From Lingula anatina (taxonomy: Eukaryota; Animalia; Brachiopoda), in assembly GCA_051362555.1 (NCBI GenBank), contig CM120642.1, positions 18,042,001-18,106,000 of the forward strand: DNA of 64,000 bases, given 5' to 3'. Both the position numbers and the translations under genes were made by a program. The notes under the pieces are model-generated. The model saw only the letters and a list, made by a program, of their open reading frames with translations. It had not been told where the DNA came from and searched no databases. Shown here in pieces: positions 1-12,782 of the stretch (position 1 is its first letter; the number at the start of each line of letters is the position of its first letter).

Positions 1-3000
1 GAAAGGTTGAAATTGTACCAAGATGTTCTGGCAAAGCTTCCGCGTGCGTCTGCTCCTAAGAAGTTACCTCTAGGATTCCTAACAGGTAGCTGTATAGTAA
101 ATAGAGTACCTTTTTTTTTTTTTTTTTTTTTAAATTTATTTATTTATTTTTTTTTTTTAACATTTTAACTGAATTTGTGGAATTGGTATGTTTGCAGTTA
201 TTTACAATATCTTGTGGAAAAATTCAGGCGAGCCTTCTGATGCTCATTTAAATTGGGGCTTAAATAAGCTCATCACCAGTGTTATATTTGATGTGCTCAT
301 TTGGGACAAAAAGAGACAAGATATGCTGTTATTCCATGCACATATTTTTTTAAGTACACTTTGTGCAGAAAGAGACAAAATGCCAGTATTATTAAACTAC
401 TCAAAAGCACTTGGAAGTTTTACCCCTTAGAAAATGTTAGAAGTCGAATAGTAATTTTTTGTGTTTTACAGGAGAAGCATTTAGAAAGAGAGCTGATGTT
501 TTTCTAAGAAATGGTCTACATAAAGGTGTTCCCCCTCTGTTCACAAGCCTTCGTCCTGTTTACAAAGATCCAGAAAAGGTGGGACGTAGAAACAGCTTTC
601 ATTAATTGACTGAAGTTTTTTTAATTCCAAAATTATTGATTTTGCATGTAGCAGTTGGATTCTAACAATTTATGTATTTACTTTTGGGAAAATTATTATA
701 GATTAATTGTATGTGAGAGAATGCTTCCAAAGACTAAATGAATGTAAAGGTCTCTATTTTTGATTTTATTTTGTGTTGTATGACTTCCAGGTCAAAATAA
801 TTGAAGAATTAGTGTTAGGCTATGAACAATCTCTACAAGAGACTGAATATTTTAGTCCAGAAGGTAAGATTTGTTTCTTAGTGAGTTTATAGAAGTTGTA
901 GATAGAAAAGTTGATGTTTTGATAGATGGCAGCAATAGATTTTGTTAAGAGAAAGGAATGAGTTATACTTGCAAATCACTGCTTTGAATGGGATTTTTTT
1001 ACTTTTTCACTATTTACTTTAATTCCCAATGTCAACTACATGTTATTAAATCAAAATACAACATGTACACAAAATCAAAGTGCACATTGCATATTATTTG
1101 ATTTTTGCCATCATCTTGTTTTTTAGACGTAGGCAATGCAGAGCAAGAATCGGCATCAGTATTACTTTGGACCCACTACTTCCTGGCACAACACTATGAT
1201 TTCCTGAACCAAACCGAAAAGGCACTGGCCTACATCAACAAACCCATAGAGAGCACACCAACTTTAGTTGAGCTGTATGTACTGAAAGGGAAAATATACA
1301 AGGTAGGGACAGTTAATGCAATGTGTAATGGTAGATACTCATTTAAATTCAACAAAACAGATAAGGCACATTTATATAGGTTATTCTCAGTGATATCTAC
1401 AGGTTATTGGAAAGCTCTTGTGTAGTGAGTTGGGTTTATTGTCAATCTCTAACCTCACAGAAGCCAATTATCTTAGTCCTGTTCAATGTTCTGTGATTTT
1501 GCCCCTTATATTTTATCACATTACTTGTGTTCTCTGGGGTAGCGCTAACACTCGCCAATTTAGCCAAATGCTAAAACTGACTGAAATTGGCTTAACAAAT
1601 TAGGGTTGATTTGACTCATTTTAGTCAAATTTAAACCATTTGTACAAAAAAGCAATGAAAAAGTAGTAATTTGGCTAAACGAAAAAAAATTGCTAGCGCC
1701 ACCCCAGGTTCTGTTACTTCACCTTGGTAGTATTAAATTACTTGGTGTTGTACTATGTTACTATACCTCTGTTATATGCTTTTACTTGGTTATATTCTTT
1801 ACTTTATCTGTGTTTCATTCTGTTATTTGGTGTTATATTCTTTCCTTTACCTCTGTTATGTTCTATTACTTGGTGTTATCTTCTTTATTTATGTTATATT
1901 CTATTACATTACAGCATGCTGGTGATATTCACAGTGCGGTAGAGAACCTGGACGAGGCCCAGGCCCTGGATACGGCCGACAGGTTTGTCAACTCCAAGTG
2001 TGCCAAGTACATGCTGAGGGCTAACATGGTCAAGGAGGGGGAGGAGATGTGCTCCAAGTTCACTAGGGTAAGTGAAATTCCCATCAGGATAAGTAGGTAG
2101 TGTGTTTAAGAAAATGTTTCCCAAAGGTAATATGATCAAAGCTCAATGTTCAAGTGAAAGTCCCAATAGGATCAGTGTGTTGTAAGTTTAAGAAATATTT
2201 CCCAAAGGTGATGTGATCATTTGCTCAAGTTTGGGGTTGGGATAAGTAGGTTGGTGTGTGAAAAGTTCTAACAGTGTAAGTGCATGAAAATACATTTAAA
2301 ATGAAATTAAGAGGTGCTTTTTTTTTTGGTTGATTGTCTGGTTATTTTGAGGCTACTTTTGTTTTACTTTGTAATGCCAGTGTAATAAAAACGTTGTTAA
2401 AAGGCATTTGATATTTAGAAAATGCTAGTTTTGTATGCTCTCCTATATTTTCAGGAGGGAGTGGCAGCTGTGGAAAACCTGAATGAAATGCAGTGCATGT
2501 GGTTTCAAACAGAGTGTGCTGCAGCATACAGGAGGCTAGGGAAGTGGGGAGAGGCCTTAAAGAAATGTTGGGAGATAGATAGGGTAAGTTAAAGGTGATT
2601 CTCAGTGTCAAGGTTTTAAATAAGTAATGTTGGAAAAACCACATGGTTAAGACTCTGAAATATAAAAACAGTGGGAATTTCTGAAAAAAGAAATTTATAT
2701 ATTGAAGCATAAGTTTTCTGCCTCTGTGTTGCTTGATCACTATGTTCATTTTGTGCTCGAGTGTCAAAAGAGGCAAACAGTATTATCCTTTAGCAATGTC
2801 CAGTAAGCATTCAGTCTTGTGGTAGACTGTCTGCACGTTGCTTTAGGAGACAATAGTTGAAAGATGTGTTACTTTCTGTAAGGTATATCGAGTAAAACAT
2901 TTTCATTGTTCTTTGATTTTTGATGATTGAAGAAGAAATTTTATAAAGATGAAACGGTATTACATCAAAAGCCATGTTTTTAGTTAAGATTTGCTGGTTG

Positions 3001-6000
3001 TGTTTAAAATGATACTTCATGAGGCCTACCACATATTAGTGTGATGGTTTCGAAATGTATTTTAGCATTTGGTTTGATATTGATGATTTTATTTTGCTTT
3101 CAGCATTTTACAGAAATTATAGAGGATCAGTTCGACTTCCACACGTACTGCATGCGCAAGATGACATTGCGGGCGTATGTTGGGCTTCTACGTCTGGAGG
3201 ACAGGCTTCGTAGTCACCGTTTTTATTTTAATGCAGCAAAAACTGCAATAGAGGTATAGTTAATAGTTTTTCAATAAAAAAAATGGACTTTTAAATAGGG
3301 AAAATGCTCTATGAAAGTAACTGCTCATTTGTTTTCAGTACAGAAAAGAAAAATATTATTATAACCAAATAGTTATTTGTCTGATAGGTATTTAATTACT
3401 TTCACTGTAAAAGGTGTCTTAGACCTGATTAGAAGACTGCAGATTGCATTTTAGTATTACCTTAAGCTATTTTCTGAAGAAAGTGTTTTCATCTTTTAGA
3501 TCTATGTTCATCTTTGTGATCACCCAGTGACGGAGAATGAAGAAGATGAACAGGCAAACACAGGTATTAATAATATTGACATTTAGTGTTTTTTTTTTTT
3601 TTTTTGTTTTTTTTTGCATTGTTTTGTTTGCCAGGTTTACATGATTAATTTATTAAAGTCATGATGTTGATTAGATAATGAAAATGAATTTTGCAGTCTT
3701 ACCACTGGAGTGTAAATGATGTTCTCCAATAGATCCTTCAGACTTCCCAAAACAAGTACTCATTGGGTGGAGAGGAAGACCATGTTTCCCTGATACACTC
3801 CTTGTAGTGACAAAAAATTCTAACACAATGCATGTCAAAGAATTGTAGCAGCAGAGAGGGGCCAATGCGTGGCTGTCACTTACATTGATATGCTCCAAAA
3901 GTAGATTCTTTTTCTGAAAAGGGGACAGTGAATGGCTCCATTTGATATCCTACAAGTCTAAAGACACTGGTCATCACAACTTTCTTCTTGTGTTTTGATG
4001 TTTTTATTTTTATTTACACTGCATCTCTTTGTCCTGGCTTTAGAAAACCTTACACCAAGCGAACTGAAGAAGTTACGAAACAAGCAGCGAAAAGCACAGA
4101 AGAAGGCGGCACTGGAGAAGCAGCGGCAAAAAGAGGAGCAGCAGAAACGGGAGGCACAGAAAGCCAAGGCACAAGACCCAGACCAGGATGGGCCTAAAGA
4201 AGAGGATTTAATCCCCGAAAAATTAGCTAGGGTGAGCATGGCAGATTTCTACAGATAGTGCAGTCAGTACAGGCCTTACCCAATAGATCTAATCACCAGA
4301 TGGTCATTCTTATTCTCTGGGAAATTTTGATGTCCCAGAGTGCAGTGGGATCTCTATATTACTGTCACACCAGCATGCATGGAGATAGCCCTGCATGTGA
4401 GTAGTGGAGGTCTTCCCATCCCAAAGATTCCTTTGTGTGAGTGTAAATGATGTTCTCCAATAGATCCTTCAGACTTCCCAAAACAAGTACTCATTGGGAG
4501 GAGAGGAAGACCATATTACACTGATACACTCATTTGAAACTCGTGTTAACAGTGCAGCAGTTATGATAACATGAATTAGAAAAATGTCAATTAATAGACC
4601 TGTAAGGGGGAGGGGGGAGGTCTGTTGGTTCAAGAGAATCACTTTTTGGTAGGGAAAGGTCCACTGTGAAGCAAAATTTGATCTTGGTTCTAAGAACTCT
4701 GGTTTTGTGGTAAAACGTTGAAATTGCTCGGTACAGACCTGATTTTATTGTATAAATTCAATATTTAACATTTCAGCCTGAAGACCCACTGGAGCAGGCA
4801 ATTAGATTTTTAAAACCTCTTCAGATGTTAAGCTCAGATAGGATAGAAACACATGTTCTAGCTTACCAAATATATTCTAGGAAAGGTAGGCTATATTTAT
4901 ATTTATACAAATATATAGTGTGGCATAACAGATATGTTAAAAAAAAAATTATTAATAATTATTGATATAACAGGTGTACTCAGAAAATTTATTTTTCCAC
5001 TCTTTGAATAATGCAAAATTGATATATTTTAATTTCTCCTACAGTGCATATTTATCTACAAAATATCAGTGTGGGGAAAAAGAGGGTTTATATGTGCAGT
5101 TTGTGGCAATTTATTCTAGTCATTCCCATTTTCTTAATCACCCAGGTAAATTACTCCTGATGTTGCAATGTATAAAACGTGGTTGTGCAGTGGATAGGAA
5201 TAATCCCCAGTTCCATGAATGTTTAATGGACTTTTTAGAGAAAGGTGAGACTCTTGAGTAAATAGCCATTACATTATTTGTTAGTTTTTGATACTGTCCA
5301 TTAAAAATTAAGTAGAAGACATTGAAAAAGATTTTAAACAAATGCCAAGTAATCGTGTAATTATGTTTACATAATGAAAGTTATAGGTGATATATTAATC
5401 AGTCATATAAAAGTTAAACTTTATGTCATAGTTCTAATATTTCCCTCCAATTTCAGTCAAAAGTCAAGGCGACTTGGCCAGTCCTGTCAGCAGTGTTCTG
5501 AAGCAGAGCATGGAGGTGATCTATCAGGGCAAAGACACTAGAGCTTGGAACAATGAGTACCTAGAAAAGAACAGCGACTCTCTACCACATGTCCTGACAG
5601 GTAATTATCATGGTGCTTTTCAGCCAGTTTTTAGAGTGACTTCTCCTAGGGTTTTTCTGTAAAGTGACCAGGCTTCCGTTAAACACATCCATGTGTATTT
5701 ACCTGCACTTTGACACATTGGTAGACAGACCTGGTTCCTTCAAGCACTCAGCATTTCAAAAGGCCACCCTTATCAGATTGGAAGGTTAAAAAAAAAGTTA
5801 AAAGTAAAAAGTAAACTAAAAATCATTCCAAACAGTTTTCTGGCTGTACTTAAACATGTTTAAGATAAAGATTCAAAATATGCATCCCAAAATATTTCAC
5901 AATAGAATATACAACTGAAAGCTTTTACATGTCTCATTTAAGTATTGAAAGAGTTAATTCCTAAGATTTATTTTGATGCTGCTGTCATTTCAGCTGCCAA

Positions 6001-6644
6001 AGTAATGTATAAACTGGAGCCCAAGTCACAAGACAAAGCTGTGGTGCTGGCCACAAATCTGGATCTTAATGGAGTCACGATACAGGTAAATATAGAAATA
6101 TTGATAACAAGATTTTGTAAATAAAAAGAAAATTGTATACCTGCCTCTAACAAATTTGGTTTCATTGAATTAAAGTTGAAGCAATATTTTCATGGCAGAC
6201 TGACATAAACGAGACAGTTTTTTTAGTCAGGATTGATAAAAATTGATCACTGTTACAGTTATTAACAGGGATGAGATTTTTCCAACTACTTTTGGGAGCC
6301 AAAAATAACACTGGCCAATGCTGTCCCCTGGACCCCACACCATATTTTCTGACTTTTTCCCTTAATGCTAGTCTCATACTTGTGTAAACTAGAGATTGCA
6401 TTTTTTTCTTAGATGAAGGCTACTCACTTTCTTTAACTCTTTTTAGAACTGTACAGAGGTGCTAGAAAGCCTGCGCCGTGGAGATCTAGGACAGTGCGAG
6501 GCAGAGGCTCTGGAATACGAAGGGAAATGCCACGAACGCTTTAAATATGCAACGGCTTTCATGGGACAAGGAGGGAGGAACCATGTTCACGAGCACATAG
6601 GTCAAAGCACAGAATGCAATCATGACCACCCCATAGAGTCCTAG
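1..6644 (+). CDS. NAA15: N-alpha-acetyltransferase 15/16 (NatA auxiliary subunit), 3' part; exons approx <1-85, 472-578, 791-863, 1127-1301, 1915-2067, 2455-2583, 3103-3253, 3500-3563, 4044-4231, 4777-4885, 5146-5244, 5457-5600, 5993-6085, 6447-6644
   Basis: Spliced exons give hallmark NAA15 motifs: [105 protein letters not shown]. Boundaries are GT-AG. AATAAA signals at about 7919 and 8045. Confidence 0.95.
1535..1706. mobile_element. Short non-autonomous DNA element (MITE-like); inverted copy at about 40426-40594
   Basis: ggggtagcgctaacactcgccaatttagccaaatgctaaaactga recurs reverse-complemented in an AIF-like intron. Confidence 0.6.
1710..1910. repeat. Degenerate T-rich tandem repeat (tacttggtgttat / tacctctgttat-like units) upstream of an NAA15 acceptor
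   Basis: Repeated ttacttggtgttat and tacctctgttatatg motifs. Confidence 0.6.
2719..2855 (+). ncRNA. SNORA13: H/ACA snoRNA, SNORA13/snR35-like (guide for the 18S uridine that becomes m1acp3-pseudouridine, human 1248)
   Basis: Hairpin tgcctct..agaggca with pocket gtgtt/gtcaaa, complementary to 18S UUUGAC-UC-AACAC. The 3' pocket starts 14 nt before H box ACAGTA (2777-2782). Second hairpin tcctttagcaa..ttgctttagga, then ACA at 2850-2852. Intronic in NAA15. Confidence 0.85.
3707..3801 (+). ncRNA. SNORD62: C/D box snoRNA, SNORD62-like, copy 1 (guide for 18S Am590 equivalent)
   Basis: Terminal stem ggagtgta/tacactcc, box C-like ATGATGT, box D CTGA. Antisense element ctccaatagatcctt followed by D' CAGA is complementary to 18S GAGGAUCUAUUGGAG; the +5 rule points to the A of GAGG-A-UC. 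Confidence 0.85.
3830..3969 (+). ncRNA. Candidate H/ACA snoRNA
   Basis: Hairpin gcatgtcaa..ttgatatgc, H box AAAGTA (3898-3903), ACA at 3964-3966. The 3' hairpin pocket ttcttt/cctaca pairs (with G-U) around 28S UGUAGG-UA-AGGGAA, 15 nt from ACA. The upper stem is weak. Confidence 0.45.
4438..4532 (+). ncRNA. SNORD62: C/D box snoRNA, SNORD62-like, copy 2
   Basis: Near-identical to 3707-3801 with the same boxes and antisense element; terminal stem tgagtgta/tacactca; lies in the next NAA15 intron. Confidence 0.85.
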
Positions 6645-8590
6645 CATTTGTGTGTGGGGCAATGGCGTGTTGGTAGAACCTGTACGGTGGGAAAGCAGAG
6701 AGAGATTGCGATTGCGGAGGTGTGTGCGGGTGCTCATGCCTTCTTCACCAGCTCACGGAAGTTGCAGCAAATTTGGATCCCAAGTCTGTTTGTCCTTTTT
6801 TCCCCCCCTCAAACGAACATTGTCTGGTCAAGTGGCAGTGCCGTTTCAGTTTGATGGAACCTGTTTTTGTGGCGACAAGATGAGGCTTGGATTCAAGAGA
6901 CTGCAGTGGACTTGTATGGAAGTTGCTAAGCTGTTTGGACAGCCAAGATTGACCTTTGCCCTATCTGTCATGTGCCAGTCGTTTTCATCAACTTCAGTGT
7001 CACAGCATATGGCATGGCCATGCCCCAAACGTGTTAAACTTTGTGCACGTTGCAAACCATTTCTCTCCCACGTGTTTTGGGTCATAAAAAACTCTGCAAT
7101 CCGAGGTTCTGTCATAAACCAGACCATCATCTGTGCTTTTATGCTTTATGTTATAAGTTGTTTTGTTTTTTATTCATTTTTTAAGAGTGAAAGACCGGTT
7201 CTTGTGATCCTGTCTTAAGTGTTATCAATTCTCACTACCAAATCCAGTACCTGTGATCATCATAGTGTTACCTTGTCAATATTATACATTGACAACATGT
7301 CATTTATTATTGATCAACAAACATTTGTTATTGGTCTTGAATATTTAGGCAGTCTGTGTAGCTTGGATCCTCATAGGCTGTTTGCAGCATTGCTAGTGGT
7401 GTGATTTATTTTGTTCGTTTGAAGACAACTGGCTCTGTTCTTGTTTTTTGAGGTCATAGAACGTTAAAAAGCACGTTTTGATTTGAGATTTGACAATCGA
7501 GTTAAAAGAAGGAAGAAGCCAGAATGAGATTTTGCAGCATGAAAGCTTGGTATGAATGACTGTACAGTGTTGCCTTATATTTCACTGACAGAAGACATCC
7601 ACGTTTAAGAGTCGCTCACCCCTGTATTGAACAAGAGCCATTGTGCTGAGATGATATGGTCTCTGGCGACATCCCCACAGCTCTGCACTCTATTTCTGCC
7701 CCCGGCCTGTTTATGAATATGAACTTTAGAGGGAGGCAAGATACTATGACAGTACATGACACTCGAGACTGCCTTGGAGCAACAAAAAACCGTACATGTG
7801 TGTCTTCTTACTTGTGGAAACTGGAAACCTGCCTTCTGATTATTGAAATTTTAACATCATTTCCATCCTTGGTAAAAAAATCACAATTTGTCCTGTTGTG
7901 CTCAGGACTTTTTTTCTGAATAAAATACAAAAATGAGTAAGCTACTATCCTTTTGTTTGTCGTTTTCCAATGGTTCTCAACAGAAAAGGGACGAATGTAG
8001 GCATCAAACATTGCTAGTAAAATTAACTATATTTAAATGAGCTGAATAAAGTTTTTAGACTGACTATCATCCTCTGTTGAAAGGAAACTAAAACCCAAGT
8101 ATTATTTTTATGATGAAAGAGAGGTTTGTTTCAGGAGTAAAATCTCCCTTAAAATTGCATGTGTACGTGTCCGAGACCTAAAGCTGGCACGTAAAGGAAT
8201 TTGCTTCTATGGTTTAACTTACGGCAAACTTGTATAGCATAACGGGTTGAGAGTCCGTTACTTTATCCAACAATAAGTCGGTATGTACGATCCAAATCAT
8301 ATTAGATCCTTGATTAATTGGCATTTTAAAACAATTAAATAAAATTTGTTCGGTGTGGTGGGAAGAAATGGTCTCTGACTTTGACCCTTAAAGCATTCAA
8401 ATGAAACGTAATCAATCAATTAACTGTTCAGTGTTTTCGCCTGTCACTTGGTTCAGAACACAGTTGATGGTTGAGAAAAGGGCAATTACTTCGCAGCGAT
8501 ACTACTATACGACCTGACCTGACCCAATTCCTGATGGATTGATTGTTATTATAAAAACAGATGACTTGCAAAAAAGTTTAGACGTGGTTT

Positions 8591-10908
8591 ATGTTAACAC
8601 TAAGTGCAAAATCTTGCTTGGTGAGTAGTGATGTATTTGGGATGTGTTTTTTTATTTTAAATAGTTAAATGGCACTGTGGAAACTTGCCTCTAGCTCTAG
8701 TTACAGTATTAGCGTACGGTACCTACATTGTAGATGAAACGGCAGAGCCAGAGGCAGAGGCAAAGTGATTGTAGAGAGGTGATTTTCCAGTGTCCTCAGA
8801 AACTCGGGGCCCTCCCAGTCCGCCTGCCTGAGGGGCTTTACACACATTACTGACAGTGACAATATGTGTCTACCACAACATATCGAACATTGCTGATGTA
8901 CTTGATACGGTGAAAAGGAATGCCCTTGGTGTCTTTCACTTCAGTTGTGTTCACAATGAGCTAGCCATGGCAGAAAAGAGACGTTGATCAAAGTCACCGA
9001 AAACATTGAACAAATAATTGCGTATTATAATCAACTACAAAATTATGTGCACATTAATATTAACAAATTGTTAAGTAAGTTAACATAGTTACTATATTGT
9101 AGTAATTATATAAGCTCGAAAATTAAAGTTTTCCATTATTATTATTGTTATTATTTTTTTAGAAATGTCTATTGCCTGTCATCATCTCCCAGACTGTTTA
9201 TAGCCAGCTGCGGATACCCAGTCCATTTGATCTGCCACGGGCAGCCTTTGTCAACTTTGTCACCTCCGATAATACCACAGTGGGCAGCATGAGTCGCAAG
9301 GTGGTACAGACAGTTTTGAGTGTTGAACAGGATGAAGGCATGGGGGCTAGAGTGAGGCGGAGTGTGGGAAGAGCTGAGGTGAGAATTAAAATGGAAAAGA
9401 TATATATGTACAATTGCCAACATTATAGCCCTACTAGTAGCCTGGGATTCAGACTTGAAGATTCTGAACTTCTTCATTTTTAAATTTGCATGCACATACA
9501 TGTATGTCTGCATAGCCAGTAAAGCATATTTGTATGTCAAGTTTTTAAAATGTTCATTAACAGATATGCAGATCAATCTGTATAGTACTCAGATGGCCCA
9601 TGCAGGTCTCTCTATTTATATATTAATACTAAAGGTCTGGAAAAAATGTTAGATGAATAGTCAATATTTCAGACTTCAGTTTACATATTATATCTTTATA
9701 ATTATACTCTAAGATGACATATGATCCTCCCATGCAGTTGTGAAAATTTTTGTTACTTTTTTTTTCTTAGCTGAAGAATTTGGATCCATTTTTGCTGCTG
9801 GATGAGTTTAGAGTGACCGCGCCAGCAGGATTCCCAGACCACCCTCACAGAGGCTTTGAAACTGTGAGTTTTTATGAGCAAGCAATTGGAGTAAAATGCA
9901 AGATAGAGAAATCAATATATTGACACATTTTTCTGCATATTTTTGATGGTTGGTTTCTTTTGTTTTATTGTGTAATTATTGTCACTAGTAGATTCATTCA
10001 GATAACAGGCCATGATTGTAATGGAGTAAAATGTATCTTCAACTAAAGTTTATAATAAGATGAAGATTGATATAGAAAAAACAAAAGAAATTTATCATAG
10101 TGGTTATACACATTAAAAATGTAAAAAGCTTTCATACCTGGTCCATTTCAAACTCAATTGTTGAGAACACAAAAAAAAAAAAAAAAAAAAAACTTCCCAG
10201 CAGTTTTTGTAGTTGTAGGCCTCAGTGGCTTTAATTTTTCTATTATGTGATCATAATAGGAAGCACTAGCTGATGGTATTGTTTTTTTCCAGGTGACTTA
10301 CATGTTAAATGGGGCATTTCGACATGAAGATTTCTGTGGACATAAAGGCATAATCAATGCAGGGGATTTACAGGTAATGGTATTGTTACCATTTAGGGAC
10401 CGTTCACATGAAAAATATATTTTCTAAAAATCTAAAAATCTATTTGCGGTATGTTGTGATCATGGTCTGTGCCCTGAATACCCCACGGCGTAATTACGGG
10501 CAGCGTGAGCCTGTTACTTCCAAAGCTGTAATTAATTCTCGGCGCAGGCAGTAATTACGCCGCGGTTTTCAGGGCACAGACCATGATCACAACATACCGC
10601 AAATAGATTTTTAGATTTTTAGAAAATAGATTTTTCATGTGAACACAGCCTAAGTCTTGTTCACATAATCATAAATGCTGAGGCTGACTGAAATTTGGTG
10701 CTTCAGTATTTTTATTTTATGATTATTAAATAATGATAGTATTTTGGTGAAAGTGAACTTATGATTCTTAAATAAGATTGAATATTTTAATATTAAAATT
10801 TTGATTTTATATTCATTTTAAAGGTAAAAAAAATTTCCTTTTGGCTCATTTTTTTATTGTGACTATATTTCCCAGCTTGGTGTCTGGTACATGTATGGCC
10901 ATTTCCCC

Positions 10909-10939
<31 letters not shown>

Positions 10940-12737
10940 GAAACCTGAGTCACATAAGTGATGCACACATTTTGTGTAATATTTGGTTAGATTTAACTGA
11001 TTTATACCACTTCTTAGGGACCATTCCTATAGATATTTGGATCGATCAATCTCCCTGGGGAGTCTCACTAAATTGCTGTCAACTTGGCCAGCTTAAGTGT
11101 CTGTCATGCCTAGTAATTATCTTTACCTCTTAGCTGATTTGGTAGGCGTGACAGACATTTAAACCTCTTGAGCTGATATCAATTTAGCCTGAATCCTCAG
11201 GGAGTTAGATCGATCCACTCGGGGAGGGCACTATAAAGTATAAAATGGCAAAAATACTAGGACAAGCCAGAATTATGCAAATATTATATGCAAAATGTGA
11301 ATGTCACTGACAGGACTCAGAGTCACTTTTTAAGTGAAACGATCCCTATATTAAATATGGAAGTGGACGACTCAATCCTCACTCCTTCCTGTGATTTCAG
11401 TGGATGACAGCAGGAAGGGGCATAGTGCACTGTGAGATGCCGCATGGAGATAAAGAAGGTCATGGTCTACAGCTGTGGGTGAACTTGAGCAAGAAAGACA
11501 AAATGATCAAACCAGCTTATCAGGAACTTTTGGACAAGGACATCCCAAAAGGAGAGAAGGATGGAGTCACAGCTAAGGTTATTGCTGGAGAGGCTTTGGG
11601 TATAAAGGTAAGGGTCCAAGTACTCAGTACACTGTATATGTGTGATTCATATCAAGTCATCATATATTTAGATCTTTGAGAAATAGATAAGTTATTATAT
11701 TATGCATGCATGTTTATGTGAGAGTGTTTGTGTATGTGCATGTGCACCTGTATTTGTGCATGCATGTGTGTTCAAGTGTTTGTGTATATGTGTGTGACAT
11801 GTGTGCTTGCATGTATGTGTGAGTTACGGGAAAGCCATTAGTACATTGTAATACTAAGTGGTTTATAAGCTAGCTGGTATTTATATACTTAAATTTTGAT
11901 TCTCAGAATAATACTTGCTGTTAGTGCAGTCTCTCTCTATATAAATATGTTCCAGTCTCCTGTGTACACCAGAACACCTACTCTATACATAGACTTCACA
12001 ATGGCCCCTGGGTCCAGGCTGTCTCAGGCCGTACCCCGGGGATGGACTGCATTTGTCTACACTCTCTCAGGGGAGGCATACTTTGGTAAGGGGTCTGGAC
12101 GATATCATATGACCTTCTGGACAAGTAACAGTGAAAACTTGAAAATTTCGTCACTTAGAAATTAATTAATGTTTTTAAATGCATGAATCTTACACACTCA
12201 CATGAGGTGTCAAACTTTTCAAAAATTATGAAGAGGCCCATTTTGAAGTATGACAAAATGTTCAAAGTGACAGTGTATTAATGATCGATTACATCTGTAA
12301 TTTAAGGTGGAACTCATGGAAAACCTCACCACACCCTGGTGCTGGGGGATGGGGAGACACTGGAGGTGGAGAATAAGGTGAGCAGGGTGTGGGAAGCACT
12401 GTCCCAGTTGTATTTATGACCCTGTTCCCATACCTAGATTGATCTAGCAAGACCAACCCATCTCTGAGGGGTTTCTCGCTAAACTGCATTCTGCCTAAGG
12501 GGCTTAGATGTCTGGCATGCATCCTGAAGCTGTTAGGGGGTAATTAAATATCATTTGGTAGCTTCAGTAGGTGTGCCAGAGATCTAAGCTGCTTAAGCTG
12601 ACTGCACTTTAGCGAGAATCTCCTTGGAGATGGGTCAATCCTGCTAGATCAAGTAGGTATGGGAATGGGGTCTAAGTATTAGCCATTTTAAACAATGGCT
12701 ATATGTTGTTTGGAGGTAGAGATAGAGTGTGAGGGTA

Positions 12738-12782
<45 letters not shown>

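Noticed and set aside
4620-4740. Additional H/ACA snoRNA after SNORD62 copy 2
   Set aside because: An ACA and a possible pocket are present, but there is no canonical H box and the stems are weak.
6652-7218. 188-aa ORF after the NAA15 stop
   Set aside because: Non-ATG start, no recognisable domain, and it lies in the 3' UTR upstream of the polyA signals.
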